Below are positions 1 through 12,200 of a stretch of 35,452 bases of DNA, in pieces. Both the position numbers and the translations under genes were made by a program. The notes under the pieces were generated by a model. The model had not been told where the DNA came from and ran no database searches. It saw only the letters and a program-made list of their open reading frames with translations. Numbering within the stretch: position 1 is the first letter of the stretch; each line of letters opens with the position of its first letter. Source of the stretch: Seison nebaliae. Lineage: Eukaryota. The DNA lies in NCBI GenBank assembly GCA_023231475.1, contig JALJEE010002127.1:1-35452 (forward strand). Reading direction: 5' to 3'.

Positions 1-34
1 AATAATAATTATGTGCGTACTCTAATTCTATCAT

Positions 35-107
35 GCCCGCTTAGCTCAGTCGGTAGAGCGTGGGACTTTTAATCCTAAGGTCCAGGGTTCGAGCCCCTGG
101 GTGGGCG
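35..107 (+). tRNA. tRNA-Lys, anticodon UUU
   Basis: Complete cloverleaf: acceptor GCCCGCT/GGTGGGC, D-arm GCTCAGTCGGTAGAGC, anticodon arm TGGGA-CTTTTAA-TCCTA (TTT at 68-70), T-arm CAGGG-TTCGAGC-CCCTG. No encoded CCA, as in eukaryotes. Confidence 0.97.
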
Positions 108-115
108 GTATTTAA

Positions 116-122
116 TTTTTTT
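116..122 (+). terminator. RNA polymerase III terminator (T7 run) after tRNA-Lys
   Basis: Run of 7 T beginning 9 nt after the discriminator base. Confidence 0.7.
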
Positions 123-383
123 CTATTAAACGAAAAAAAAAATTATTGATCTATGATAAAAAATAAAGTAACTTCAGTGACTTTTATCATGTTTTTATTT
201 TCGTTTATAATAAGACAATTTTTTTTATCAGTTTTCTAACAAGATAACTTCTGTAAGATAACTTATCTGATGGGATATAAATAGTATATAAATATTAATG
301 AGAAAATTTCGAAGTTTATTGTTTGTTTATTGAAATGAGAATATAATTTTTTTTTTAAATTGAAATATTCAATTGATTGAAAA

Positions 384-1577
384 TTAAATTTTTTTCCGTT
401 TTATTTCAATTCCAATTCCCGAACGATCGTTAATGCGGATATCACCTGAGAAAACATTAATTGATGATGTTAATCCATTTCCTTTTTGTCCAAAACATTT
501 CCCTTCTTCCCATCCATTTAATTTGAGTAGTCGTCGACCGATATTATCTTCATTTTCATAATCGATTCTCTTTATTTTTTTGACGGTTTCCTCTCCCTCA
601 ATTCTTATTTCCTTCAATATCGATTCCTTCTCTTTTACATTCCTTTCATTATCCTCATCATCACTGTCATAAGATTCAGGAAATAAATCTTCTTCATTCG
701 AACTAATTTCGTCGATGTCGTTCATTGACGGATTCCAGACATGATCATCGTCCATATAAAACACGAGACCGGATGAACCTTTCTCCCACGTCACCTCCAC
801 ATCCTTCTCAAACCGTTTGAACTTTTCTCGGTCCTGCAAATAATGCTGATCGTTCAATGAAATTATTTCTTTCTCACCGTTATCTGGTAAATAATTGACA
901 TATTTCTCTTCAGTCGTTCCGTATATTTTTTGAGTTGTAAATCTCTTGTCATTCAATTGATTTAGAAGATTTAATCTTTTTTTGTTGGTGGATTTAATTA
1001 TTCGGAAATGATTCGAAGTAAAAAGAATGGATGGAAATAAAATTTGATTTTTTTTCTTCTTCACAGGAAAATAATCATAAAAAATTTCATTATGATGAAT
1101 TTTGGGAGATACGAATCCTTTAATCAAATTCAATTTCGATAGAGCATTTTTAGAGATTTTACAATTGACAATCAATTCCTCTATTATTTTCCCCGACGTT
1201 CCACAGTTGCCCTTGCAGAAAATTTTAGATTGTTCAATTTCATAAATTTTTTTCAACTTTTTCTCCTCCACTCTCTCCATCCTACATAAAGACGATAACA
1301 ATAAGTAATTATTAATCGGATGATACCAATGAGTGTTCTTGTAACCGTCAAGAACCATCTCGCCGTATTGAGATGGGATATGGAGGAAAGAATAGAACGT
1401 GTCTGGATTATCAATCCGATAACTCAATTTTACATCATATTCTCGTTTTATGTTTCTAACATGTCGTCGTTGAAAATGGAAATAAAGGACTAATTCTCGT
1501 TCAATGACTTCCTTGAAAAAAGAACGTAAATGTTTCGTGTGATACGTGTTGGGAATATTGTAAATTAAGAATATCAT
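384..1577 (-). CDS. GPATCH3: G-patch domain-containing protein 3
   Basis: N-terminal NIP...HLRSFF...YFHFQRRH, the family motif FEKDVEVTWEKGSSGLVFYMD and a C-terminal G-patch (IGRRLLKLNGWEEGKCFGQKGNG...DRSGIG). Intronless, 397 aa. Confidence 0.9.
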   Translation of the reverse strand: MIFLIYNIPNTYHTKHLRSFFKEVIERELVLYFHFQRRHVRNIKREYDVKLSYRIDNPDTFYSFLHIPSQYGEMVLDGYKNTHWYHPINNYLLLSSLCRMERVEEKKLKKIYEIEQSKIFCKGNCGTSGKIIEELIVNCKISKNALSKLNLIKGFVSPKIHHNEIFYDYFPVKKKKNQILFPSILFTSNHFRIIKSTNKKRLNLLNQLNDKRFTTQKIYGTTEEKYVNYLPDNGEKEIISLNDQHYLQDREKFKRFEKDVEVTWEKGSSGLVFYMDDDHVWNPSMNDIDEISSNEEDLFPESYDSDDEDNERNVKEKESILKEIRIEGEETVKKIKRIDYENEDNIGRRLLKLNGWEEGKCFGQKGNGLTSSINVFSGDIRINDRSGIGIEIKRKKI

Positions 1578-2045
1578 TCATGAATCAAATTGAGAATAAG
1601 CAAATTTTCCATATGTAAAAATTGGGATGAAGCTTAAGATTAAAATGAAAAAATAATATTTAAATCAGAATGACAATTTCTAAATATTTCTATTATTTGA
1701 GTTAAGAAAAATATTGAATTTTATAGTTGTATTTATAATAAAAAATTGAATATCATAAATTGTTAAGCCGAAAAATAGAAATTGATGAAATGGAAAAATG
1801 TGAAATTTAGTTTAAAAAATATCATTTTTTATTAATTAAACATTGTTGAGTCTATGAAAGTTGATGAGGAAAATAATTTAAAAACAATAACATCAGTTCA
1901 AAGCGATTGGTTTGAAAGTGATTAATTTTCTGGAATTTTAGTCGCGTCATTTGTTGAGACATTCTTAAGAGTTTGTTGTGTTTCAATATATTTATCTAAT
2001 CAACTTCTTTCTTAATTGGATCAGGTTGAATTAGTGGTAGTAAAT

Positions 2046-4100
2046 ATGTCTTTAGAGCATATGAGTATTGATGAGAAGATGGAGATTACGTTAGTACCGC
2101 CAAGTAAACGATTGAAGAAGGTGGAAAATTCATCGATGGATGATGAGTCAATAGACGACGACTATTCGTCTCATCGTCATTCGTCGGAGGATGGAGGAAA
2201 TGATGAAAGGAGACGTTCTGATAGATTTGATGGGAAAGACGGATCAAATCGAATGAAACGAATCGAACGAAATTTGGAAGATGATGACAAATCATATGAA
2301 TCATATTTGGAGAAAGTGATAAAGAATTCGGAAGCGATTGTAGCACATCATCAACAAACAAGTGCCAGTAATTCCACAACGAGTTATTCGAATTATAGTT
2401 ATAATAATTATACACTCAACTATCACGGTACGAATAATACACCGGCTAATTTGAGTATCGGACAACCGAATCAACAACAACATCCATTAGCGACACAAGT
2501 TAGTGAGATGGTGACGAAATTGGCAGAACGAGAAGTGCAAAATGATTCACTTCATTCCTCTATGAGTCTTTATGAGATTTTGAGGATGTGGCATTTGACG
2601 AATAACGAATTATGTTTGATGAATACTCCGATAAAGAATTCGAACTATACGACAATGATTCTATCGAATAGTTCGAATAATTTGAGGAAACAAAATAAAA
2701 CGGAACCGGAATTCGATGGAGAATCATTAGAATATTCCACTTTTGGTGTTAATCGTTTCCTTTCCAATCAACAAATGAAACCGTTACTTCAACGCTTCCC
2801 CAAATATATCGTTGACGCGATGGTGGCTAAATTGAATCGAGAGAAATGGTCGGAGATTTTAGAGAGTGAAATGCTTCAAAGACGAGAAGCTGGTCGAGTA
2901 TTAAATGACGCCACTCATGAATTCAATATCGCTGTGGCTAAATCGTTACGTGGTCGAGAGGCACAAGATCGTTTAACGGAAACAGTCCAGAAATTCAGTG
3001 ATAAAATTCGAACATCCAATTTGCGTTATATTCTCCCAATGCCATTACCGCGCTCAAGTTTCAATTGTGTTGCGTGGTGGGAGTGGTGTGAACAGATCAC
3101 TTATGTTTTACGTGACCAGTATATGAATTCTCATTGGAAATTGTTGAAAGATTCTCAGAAATCATTCTATCAAAAATATGTGATTGAGAAACCTGAATTT
3201 GACGATTCTGGACAATTGAAAACGACTCCAGAAGACACTTGTGCTTCTTTGGATGATTTGATTGATATATTGCGAGAGTCACCTCTTCAAACGTTCGAAT
3301 TGAACAAAATCAATTCACAAAATCAATCTCTCAATCGATCACAAAGTGGAGTAAGCTCAGATGTTGAAACTACTCAATATACCATTCCAACAGATACTCG
3401 TCATTTAACTGTCACTAAAATTAATTTGGATGATAATGGTGTTTCTTCTTCGGCTAGTACCACTACACAAATCACCAATATGGAAAGTACACCTTCTGGT
3501 GTTACTCCTGTTGTTGCATCAGCATCGGCAACTACAAGTCCGTCACTGCCTCCCAATAATAGTCAAAAAAGTAGTGGACATTTGAGTAGTAGTTCATTCG
3601 CCTTGAAATATACCATCAATCCTCCACCATCCAATCATTTGAGTAACGAAGCGAAACATTGTAGATATATGAACGATCCGAAAGCGAAGGAAATTCTCTT
3701 CGAAATGAAAGCATTGTCTCTACTCTCCAGAGGATTGTGGGCGGATTATATGGAACGACAGGATATGAGATGGTTAGGCAGTCAACATGTCCTCCAAGAA
3801 ATGTTCAACGAACAACAACAAAAGTTGAGATATTTAGAACGTGTAAATTATACGTTGGAAGATTCATTGGAATATGCAGCTGATACTGCTCATAAGAAAA
3901 TCAAACGACCTATACCCACTGTCTTGTTCAAACGACACAACATTCCCAAGACAATTCGACGTCAATCTAACTATCCGACGCAACCGGGAGGCAATTACAA
4001 TCAGCAGCAGTATCGATACAAAAATAACATGAACACGACAATTGTCAAATTGAAATTAAAACCAAATAATTCAGAGAATATCAAATTAGAAAACTGCTAA
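2046..4100 (+). CDS. Uncharacterised intronless protein (~684 aa) with acidic N-terminus, Ser/Thr/Asn low-complexity linkers and two predicted helical regions
   Basis: Long ORF in AT-rich DNA. First in-frame ATG is at 2046 (the ORF track starts at a TTG at 2016). AATAAA follows near 4162. No family recognised. Confidence 0.8.
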   Translation: MSLEHMSIDEKMEITLVPPSKRLKKVENSSMDDESIDDDYSSHRHSSEDGGNDERRRSDRFDGKDGSNRMKRIERNLEDDDKSYESYLEKVIKNSEAIVAHHQQTSASNSTTSYSNYSYNNYTLNYHGTNNTPANLSIGQPNQQQHPLATQVSEMVTKLAEREVQNDSLHSSMSLYEILRMWHLTNNELCLMNTPIKNSNYTTMILSNSSNNLRKQNKTEPEFDGESLEYSTFGVNRFLSNQQMKPLLQRFPKYIVDAMVAKLNREKWSEILESEMLQRREAGRVLNDATHEFNIAVAKSLRGREAQDRLTETVQKFSDKIRTSNLRYILPMPLPRSSFNCVAWWEWCEQITYVLRDQYMNSHWKLLKDSQKSFYQKYVIEKPEFDDSGQLKTTPEDTCASLDDLIDILRESPLQTFELNKINSQNQSLNRSQSGVSSDVETTQYTIPTDTRHLTVTKINLDDNGVSSSASTTTQITNMESTPSGVTPVVASASATTSPSLPPNNSQKSSGHLSSSSFALKYTINPPPSNHLSNEAKHCRYMNDPKAKEILFEMKALSLLSRGLWADYMERQDMRWLGSQHVLQEMFNEQQQKLRYLERVNYTLEDSLEYAADTAHKKIKRPIPTVLFKRHNIPKTIRRQSNYPTQPGGNYNQQQYRYKNNMNTTIVKLKLKPNNSENIKLENC

Positions 4101-4270
4101 TGAAATTGGATCGCTAAAACTTTTATTTTCATTGGAGTTCCTCATTTTCGTTTTGTATAAAAATAAAGAATCTTTTATTTAACAGAATTTCGATTATCTC
4201 AGTTGTAAATTGTGTTGAAAAATTTTAATTTTATATTGAGAATCTATGGCCTTGAAAAATTTGTGGTTGA

Positions 4271-4420
4271 TTGAACCATAATGTATTGAGAATATGGTTT
4301 TGAACCATAATGTATTGAGAATATGATTTTGAACCATAATGTATTGAGAATATGATTTTGAACCATAATGTATTGAGAATATGATTTTGAACCATAATGT
4401 ATTGAGAATATGATTTTGAA
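4271..4420. repeat. Tandem repeat, 29-bp unit TTGAACCATAATGTATTGAGAATATGATT, 5 copies plus a partial sixth
   Basis: Units start at 4271, 4300, 4329, 4358 and 4387. Only one substitution, in copy 1. No spacers. Confidence 0.95.
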
Positions 4421-4449
4421 TTTCCAAGGCATTGCAAGTTGGTAATTGA

Positions 4450-4616
4450 TCTCTTATACCCTCTCTAGAATGTAAGAGATTGTTTGAATTAACTCGCGGC
4501 AGCGTGAAAGAGCACTCTCCTTGGAATGCTCATCACAACTGCCGCGAATCAATTCCCTACATTCTTTCATTCGCCTTTTGGCAAACTCGGCCGCCTATTA
4601 TGGAAAGAATAAGAGA
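4450..4616 (-). ncRNA. Putative structured RNA element (three-way junction with a long hairpin), family unknown
   Basis: Nested inverted repeats: 4450-4457/4609-4616, 4467-4474/4558-4565, a long stem 4486-4555, and a small hairpin 4570-4585. Most mismatches are A/C on the + strand, i.e. G-U on the - strand. Confidence 0.5.
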
Positions 4617-5058
4617 CGTAATGAGATTTAGAAAAGATATTTCTAAAAGAATGACTAACTTATTTTTTATAAAGCTTTGTGAAAATAATGAAGAATTACA
4701 ATAAATTCTGCTCTATTTATAGAACCATCATCGGTCAACGGAACAATGGGAAGTACAACCAATCGAATTCATTCTCGTGCTCGAATTCGGTTGGCCGATT
4801 CAATTTCCTAAACGGTTTTACATCATATTCCAATTTAGTTTAAAATTTGAATTAATATTTTGTTTTATAAGAAATTTTTTGATTAAAAATTTGGCTTGGA
4901 CGAACATGTTTTGTATAAAAGTGAATAAAGAACAAAAAAATTTTCTCAACTCAATAAATCAAAATTCTGTTTCATTGAAAAGTTTATAAAGTTTATACCG
5001 AACATCAACCAGATAGTCATGATAAAGAATATTTGAAGAATTTTAATTAATAAATGAC

Positions 5059-5457
5059 TTATTCCTCCTTCTCGAGAAATCCATTTTCGATTGCAACCTT
5101 TTCAAGGAAAATGTATGTTTCAACCAACGGCAATATATCGTACTTATATTTTTTGTACATTTGAAATAGTTCACAATTTCTTACCAATTGTTCTTCCCAA
5201 GGATCTTCCGACCGTTTCCAGTCACCTAGCATCTTCCCGCAGTAATAACATTTTACAGTCTTCTCACCATGTTTAGTGGGTGCATAAAAAAATCCCGCTT
5301 TCGCCAAATTCTCCGGAGAACATTTCGTGTTTTTAAGTCGAGTCCATCGTTCGAAGGGAGAATTGCGGAAACTTGCCAATCTTGATTCGTATGTCGCATG
5401 TTTCGAATCCATTAACAACATAATTTTCCTCACGAAATTTTGTTCTTTTGTGCACAT
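5059..5457 (-). CDS. Single-BIR-domain protein (survivin/IAP-like); 5' exon(s) probably lie upstream
   Basis: RLASF...CSPENLAKAGFFY...VKCYYCGKMLGDW...DPWEE is the BIR signature. A pyrimidine-rich acceptor-like site near 5494-5510 suggests an upstream exon. Confidence 0.88.
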   Translation of the reverse strand: MCTKEQNFVRKIMLLMDSKHATYESRLASFRNSPFERWTRLKNTKCSPENLAKAGFFYAPTKHGEKTVKCYYCGKMLGDWKRSEDPWEEQLVRNCELFQMYKKYKYDILPLVETYIFLEKVAIENGFLEKEE

Positions 5458-6231
5458 ATCTTCAATAGTCCGCGTCTTTTCTTTCTCCTTCCCCTAAACC
5501 TAAAAAAAAATGGAAACGAAATTTCTTGAACAAATTCTTCACAATGATTTCTCCAAAGCTAAATGGCGAATCATTTGAGAAGCATGTTCAAATTAAGAAA
5601 CAATTTGTGGATGAAATTTAACTCTATCTTCTTACCCTTAAAATTTTAAGCTTATTCAAAAAATCAACTCGATTTTAGAATAAATAAAAAATTCACATAA
5701 TGTATAAGCTTATTTCCGATCGAAAACGAAATTGGAAATTTGTTTGTATAAAACAAACAACAATTTTGGAATTTAAAATTTGGTATATAAATTTTTTGCG
5801 GCTATTTAAAATTCTAAGCGTCATCATTTCGATGTCGTTCTCGGTGTCAATGAGACGTCGTAATTGATCGGGCGGTTATCGGTTTACCATTTCTCGCTTT
5901 GTTTTCTGATCAGTAACAATTAACTTAATTAAAATTTGTCTTAACGTTCGTCCCAGTATCCATATGTGAGTGAGGTTAAGAAAAATTCTTGAAAAGATAA
6001 TTAAATTGTTCAATGGAAAGGAGGAAATGTTGAAAGCTTTTGTTTACTTAAAATAATGAGAATTCATCATAGTTGTAAAGTAAAGAAGTGCAACGACGAC
6101 TAATTATGACGAACAATAAACAATTACATGAAAATTAATTAATTCGTTAAGATCATAAAAAGAAGGAAAGATAGGAAGAAAGATAAATCTAATAAAATCG
6201 ATTATAATCAATTTTGGTCCGTTTCCTAAAC

Positions 6232-9200
6232 ATGAGATCACATTTTTTTATGCGATTTCTGTTCATCTTTTTCTTCTCTGTTTGTTCGTGTCGAATAAGT
6301 CGATTAAAATTATCGTCGAATAAGCTTGGTTAAAAATTTTTGAAACTTTCCAATTTGATATTTGACATTTTTAAAAGAAATTGAAACTGATGGAAATGGA
6401 ACAACAATTTATTTGTACTCACCAACCCAATTATTCTATGAATCCTCCAACTTCATTGTTATCGATCCTGAAATTTTGTGGAAAGTTTTCATTTTACTTG
6501 TCTTTTATCTTAAGTCCCGTCCAGTTGAAATTAGGAAACTCCGAATTTTTCATTTCACTTTCTGACGAAATAAAATTGGATATTGACAAATTATTAGAAA
6601 ATCGGATAACCGACGACACTCTCCATATTGCTCCAATTCCAACAAATCAAATTGATAACAGAACAATAATTTTCGATGAGAAATATACAATTAATCCATT
6701 AGATCTTTATCGATGTGATGATGATCGTTTAAGCAGTTCGAAGAATTGCAGCGAATATGAATCGGATTACATCAATTTTTCATTGATGAATAAAGATAAT
6801 TTAATGTTCGACGACATTTCCGTATTAACAGGAAATATTCTCTTATATCTTCGTAACGTTCAACTGGAAGAAAAGTATTTCGTGTCATCTGTTGATTTTG
6901 GTTTTTAATTTATTTAATTGAACTATTGTTAACTGAAAAATTGAAGTTGTGGAGAAGGTGGAGAATAAGAATGCTGATTTTAATATCATCTCTTATCATC
7001 CGGAATTAGAAGTACATTTAAAAGAGATGGTACGAGAAATTCGATCGCCCTTCAATTATTGGGGTCGATTATTTCAACAATCGACAAAATGGTCGAAAAT
7101 TCCGATAGGTTAAAAATTTCAAAAAAAAAATTTCAAAAATAATTTTCATTTCAAAGTTCTGTTGAATGAAGTGAATCGACTCAAAAATTCCATAGAATTC
7201 TTTTACGACACGTCAATTGTGGGTTGGAGTGGAAATCTCACGTTCAAATTAGAGTTCCGCACTCAAGAACCGTTAACATACGACTATTGTGTGGAAGGAG
7301 ATATAAAGGAGATCAATGTAATTAAACTGAATGATATTATCAATTGGGATGAATGTTTCAGAATACAAATCAATATTTGTGCAGGTTTTCACTATGATGG
7401 AAATGTTTAATTAATTAAATTATATTTCTCAACAGAGACGTATTGTACGGTGGATGAATTGCGATTAAAAACTGAAGATTTTGATGTAGAAATCACTTCA
7501 GCACAAGTAGAATTACCTTCTAGTCAAAGTTTATCTCGATGTTTATCGAAACAACCGTTCGATTCGATGTCATTCGTGGAAACATATCCGAGTGAAAATG
7601 AAATGAATACATGTCTTATGTCGTATGAATGTGTCATCGATTCATCATGTCGATCACGACAACAGGTCTTCATCGAACAATTACAACGGAAACATATCGA
7701 TATTAAATTTGAGACGTATGTCGATAATCTGATTCAACCGAGAACGGACAATTTAAAATTCGTAGGCGATTCAATCTTTATATTTTGTTTATTTTATTTT
7801 GATTTTTTTGTTAAATTGATTAATAAATATCTGAACAATTTTTAGATTATACGGAAAATAAAAGAAAAATATTCTCGTATCAATTACCTTTCACTTCTAT
7901 TGATCGAGTGAATAAAATTGTGAGAGTGGATGACATTCAACTAAAGCCAACGAGTGACGATGATGAACATTTGTTACTGGTAAAATGTCCAACCAATTTC
8001 GGAGAATTATATTCCATGGAGAAGATTTTAGAGATAGTAAAATTAACGAGAGATAAGTCGGAATACAGGAAAGATATAAAGGAAATTGAAGTGTTGGATT
8101 ATATTCGTTTAAGTAAGAATTATGATGGAAAAAGTGATTTCCCGATGGTGAATCATATGGAAATTGGAAATTATACGAACGAATGGAAAATTCATCGGTG
8201 TACGAACGACATTAGTCAATCGAACTTCTTTTATATTTCGGGAGATAAGAACAGTTAAATTTTAAGTTGAAATTATTTCTCACTCGTTTCAGCATGTCCC
8301 AATAAGATCATGTATCTTAATCGAATTAGTAGGGAAAATATCAGTTTAGAATTATTCGATAAAGTCTCGTTAGTTCAATTGCAATATTTGTACAATACAT
8401 TTCTTTACATCAATTCGTTAGTAACGAGATTTTATTGAAAGTGAAATATTAAAATTAATTTTAATTAGAACTCTTGTTGGTCATTGTTATGATATGTTCG
8501 ATTTGTCAGGTAAAATCTTTTCGATGGAAATGAATAGTATTGAACGGATGAATAATATTTATATTACTCTTGTTAGTGCTTCTCTCGAGATTTCTTTCTT
8601 TTTCTAATTATACGTATGTAGTCGAAAGGTGGGAAAGAAATGACTGATGGTTTGACAATGAATCGGAATGATAATGTCGTTCCATTAACAGCGTTGTTTG
8701 AGGAGTTGGATGAGATTGTTAAATTTAATTAGAAAAAGAAAATGATGAAAATAAGATTGATTAGACGAATGGAAAAGTAGTGGCGAGATGCTCCTTCCAA
8801 AACCAGATGGATGCGAGAGAATGGGTGAGTAAGAATCGGCTCGATGTAACGGACGACGTTTGTGAAGATTTTATTTTAAGGAAATCGTATATCAATGAAA
8901 TTGTGATCGATCAACAATCGTATGTGGAAGTACATTTGGCAATCGCCTCTTTACAATTGATCGTGTTTGATGACAATCGAATTATTCATCATGAGAAGAA
9001 TTTCGATATTACAAAACAATTAATTACCATTCCAATACCGGAATTATATCGCGTTTAATTAATATTTATTTATTTGAATTTGAAAGTGAATTTGAATTTA
9101 GGAGACACAATCATCCAATCTGATCGCTGTTGTATTGTTACCGATCTCAGTGGAAATTGAAGATATTTCATCGATAATTGAGAATAAGATGAAATTTATT

Positions 9201-12200
9201 GATTCCTTTTATTTCTATGTGGATTTCCATCGACAACAAAAATCAGTTGAATTAGAAGCGAAATTAAATCCATTATTCAGTACCGATAATTATGTTGTAT
9301 ATGATAGACGGTTTGAATTGACTTGATTTGAGAGTGATGAATTTAATTTTTAGATATTTGAATCGTCCGGTCGGTATCTCTCGTTGTTCAGTACAATTGG
9401 CCTTCTCATCTGATTTCACCATTAAAGACAGTACTCCTGGTGCGATTAATTTATGTATTCGAGATGAAGATACTGTTGAATTTGATATTATCTCGTGCGA
9501 AGGTAAAATTCCAAATTTCGATGATATTCATAATAAAATCGAATTAAGTTTGAAATTAGCAGAAAAGTTAAGTCGCTCTAACGATCATACGATTAGTTAT
9601 ACATCCATCGTCATTTCTCTTTATACATCGGAAATGTTCACTCTGTCTATTCCGACGAGTATGGAAGAATCATTCAAAAAGATGATGGAAAATATTGCCA
9701 CGTTGAATATCGACGGAGAGAATTATTGTTTCCAATTCGTTAAAGTGCTCAATGGTCAGGTGGAATACAAAAAGATAAATGATGTTGTCACCATCTGGGA
9801 ATTGTACGCGCCGAAAAAGTTGGAGGATCAATTTATGAAATTGAACCGAAATATAAAATCACAATCCCACCACAAATTCACCATCAATATATCAATATTT
9901 GAATTGGAAGATATTAATATGAGATCATTGAATACGTCACTTCAATTATTGGATTGGAAAGTGAAATATAGTGATTCGATGGTATTTGAAGAAGATGAGA
10001 CGGTGAAATTACTCGAACCAAGTCAATATACCATCAACGATCTTTTCCCGGTTGAGATGGAGGATGACGGATTAATTCGACTCATCATTTTACATACATG
10101 TTCACTCGTCAGTGAATATGGTGATATATTGGAGAAGTTTTGTATTCATGACCAGATCTTCCTCACTCGATGTGAGACGATGAATTGTATAAAATTGGAG
10201 GGATGGCCTCACTTAGGCCCAAAACTACATTATTTGTCGCCTTCCAATGATATGGCTCTCGTTCGTTGTTATTCAGATAATGTAGAGGATAGTGATGCAT
10301 TTGATAATTATGTGATAGATCGAACGCTACAATTGAATCGATGTCAATCGATTAATTTGAGAATAAATGAAGTAATCTTCTCCAATTCCCCAAATGAAAT
10401 TCAATTAGAATTGGCTTTGGTCGATGATGACGTGAAATCATCTCTTCAACTTCATTTATTTAAAAGAATTACCATTGCTGTTTATGATGTTTCGAAAAAT
10501 GATCGATTGACATCGCTCATTTATTCCTTATCGATCAATGGAAAAGATAATCAAGATATTTATGGAACGACAATACCAATCGATAATTTACATGAGAGAA
10601 GAATCGTCATCATTCTCATCGATGTTTCGAAAGAGATTGTTGATTGGTCAGTGACACGTTCCCCATTAAATAATGTCATTCCATTCTGGTATGAGAATGG
10701 TCAAGTGATCGATGCAATTCATTTGAACGGTCATATCAAATTGGGTAATAAACAACTGATGTTATTCGATGATAATATCAGTTTAATGACGAAATTATCA
10801 TCGCCCATTTTCCGAACGGAAATGACAGCACAAAATGAATTATCAATTTCTCGTTGTGGTGATACGGATTCAATATCGAACAAACATTTCTTCCTCACTA
10901 AGCCCACATTCACCAAATATAATCAATGTCCAATCGATGAATTACTCATCAATAAAGTCCATATCAATCTCAATTTGTGGAATATTCGAGTACAACTCTA
11001 TCGCCCACGAGCAGATAATGATCCCGAATATTTCGGTTTTATTAATATTCATCTAATTTTCGCTCAATCTTCAAATTTGTTAAGGAAGATTATTCATCAG
11101 GAATCTCTTCATTCTTATTTCGGTCCATCAGTCCGAATGAGAGAAACTTATGTGATCGATTCGGATATCAAAGAAGAATTCGATACAATTCTCCTCATCA
11201 AAGGACATCAAACTATATTGTTGGTTGAAGAGATACCATCACGAGTTATTGATGGAATCTTTTTCAAGACTCAAAGAATAGAAACATCAAATGAAATGTC
11301 CATCTTCTTTCCCAATCAACTCCCACTCACTATCAATCAACCACAATCGACGTCACTTTCGATTTATCGATGTGATTATAGTGAACGAAATCGACATCGA
11401 TTAACAAGTTTTCGCATGAATGAAAATAAGTTGAATTTCGATACGAAAGAAGAAGATTGTACGAATTTTTGGGTAATACCAAAAATTAATGAACTCTCAT
11501 TTTATCCAACGGACATTTTCATCGAATTGATTGGAACTGAAAATTCGTTTATTGTCGATACGACAATAGTTCTCTTAGATGATAATTCGATTTATGATTC
11601 GATTGAAATTAATGGAAATTTCAATGAGAATGGATTCTATTTGTTTCGTAGTGAGAGAATTAAATATTTGAAAGAAGGTGCTATCGCTCTGGTGGAGACG
11701 TCGTCTCTCAGAGACAATTTTCAAGACGAAGAAATTCATGGATTTCTTTCCACTTCAAATCTTGCTATTTATGATCTTCTCTTCTTCCGTTCATTCCATC
11801 TAAGTGCACCATTCTCACAATCAGTTCTAGCACTCAATTATGATAAAGCCATCATCTACGATCTACAACCGACATCATCACCAATGTCAATTAATCGTTG
11901 TCCTGATCGAAAATATCGAATTAATTTTCCTACTCCAAATCAACAAAATGAGTGTTTATTAGAGGAAATGATGATGATGAAGAAAACGGTAGAATTATAT
12001 CCAATGAAATATGAATTATGGGATGAGAAATTGCAAGAGCAACTGAAGAATTTGGAGAGCGATATTATCTCACTGATTGGGAGAACGATCGATACGATTT
12101 GTCAATGTTCTTTTGGGAATGATCGTTTACAAATTCTGAACATGAACATCAGTTATGATCAAGTGACGTTAGAAATGGAAGTCGAATTGAATGACACGTC

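Noticed and set aside
4271..4420. CRISPR array (29-bp repeats)
   Set aside because: Units are head-to-tail with no spacers, there are no cas genes, and the context is eukaryotic.
4194..4437. Three overlapping short ORFs on the - strand
   Set aside because: Artefacts of the stop-free 29-bp repeat; the peptides are cyclic permutations of one another.
4495..4540. U3 snoRNA (box B-like AGCGTGAA, box C TGATGA) or SECIS element
   Set aside because: The two boxes lie on opposite strands, and the helix geometry does not fit a SECIS core.
4561..4610. HDV-like ribozyme (GGCGAAUG resembles J4/2, with a possible P2 pairing)
   Set aside because: No P1, P3/L3 or P1.1 elements could be built.
4480..4704. 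74-aa ORF over the foldback
   Set aside because: TTG start and no motifs; the sequence is better explained by base pairing.
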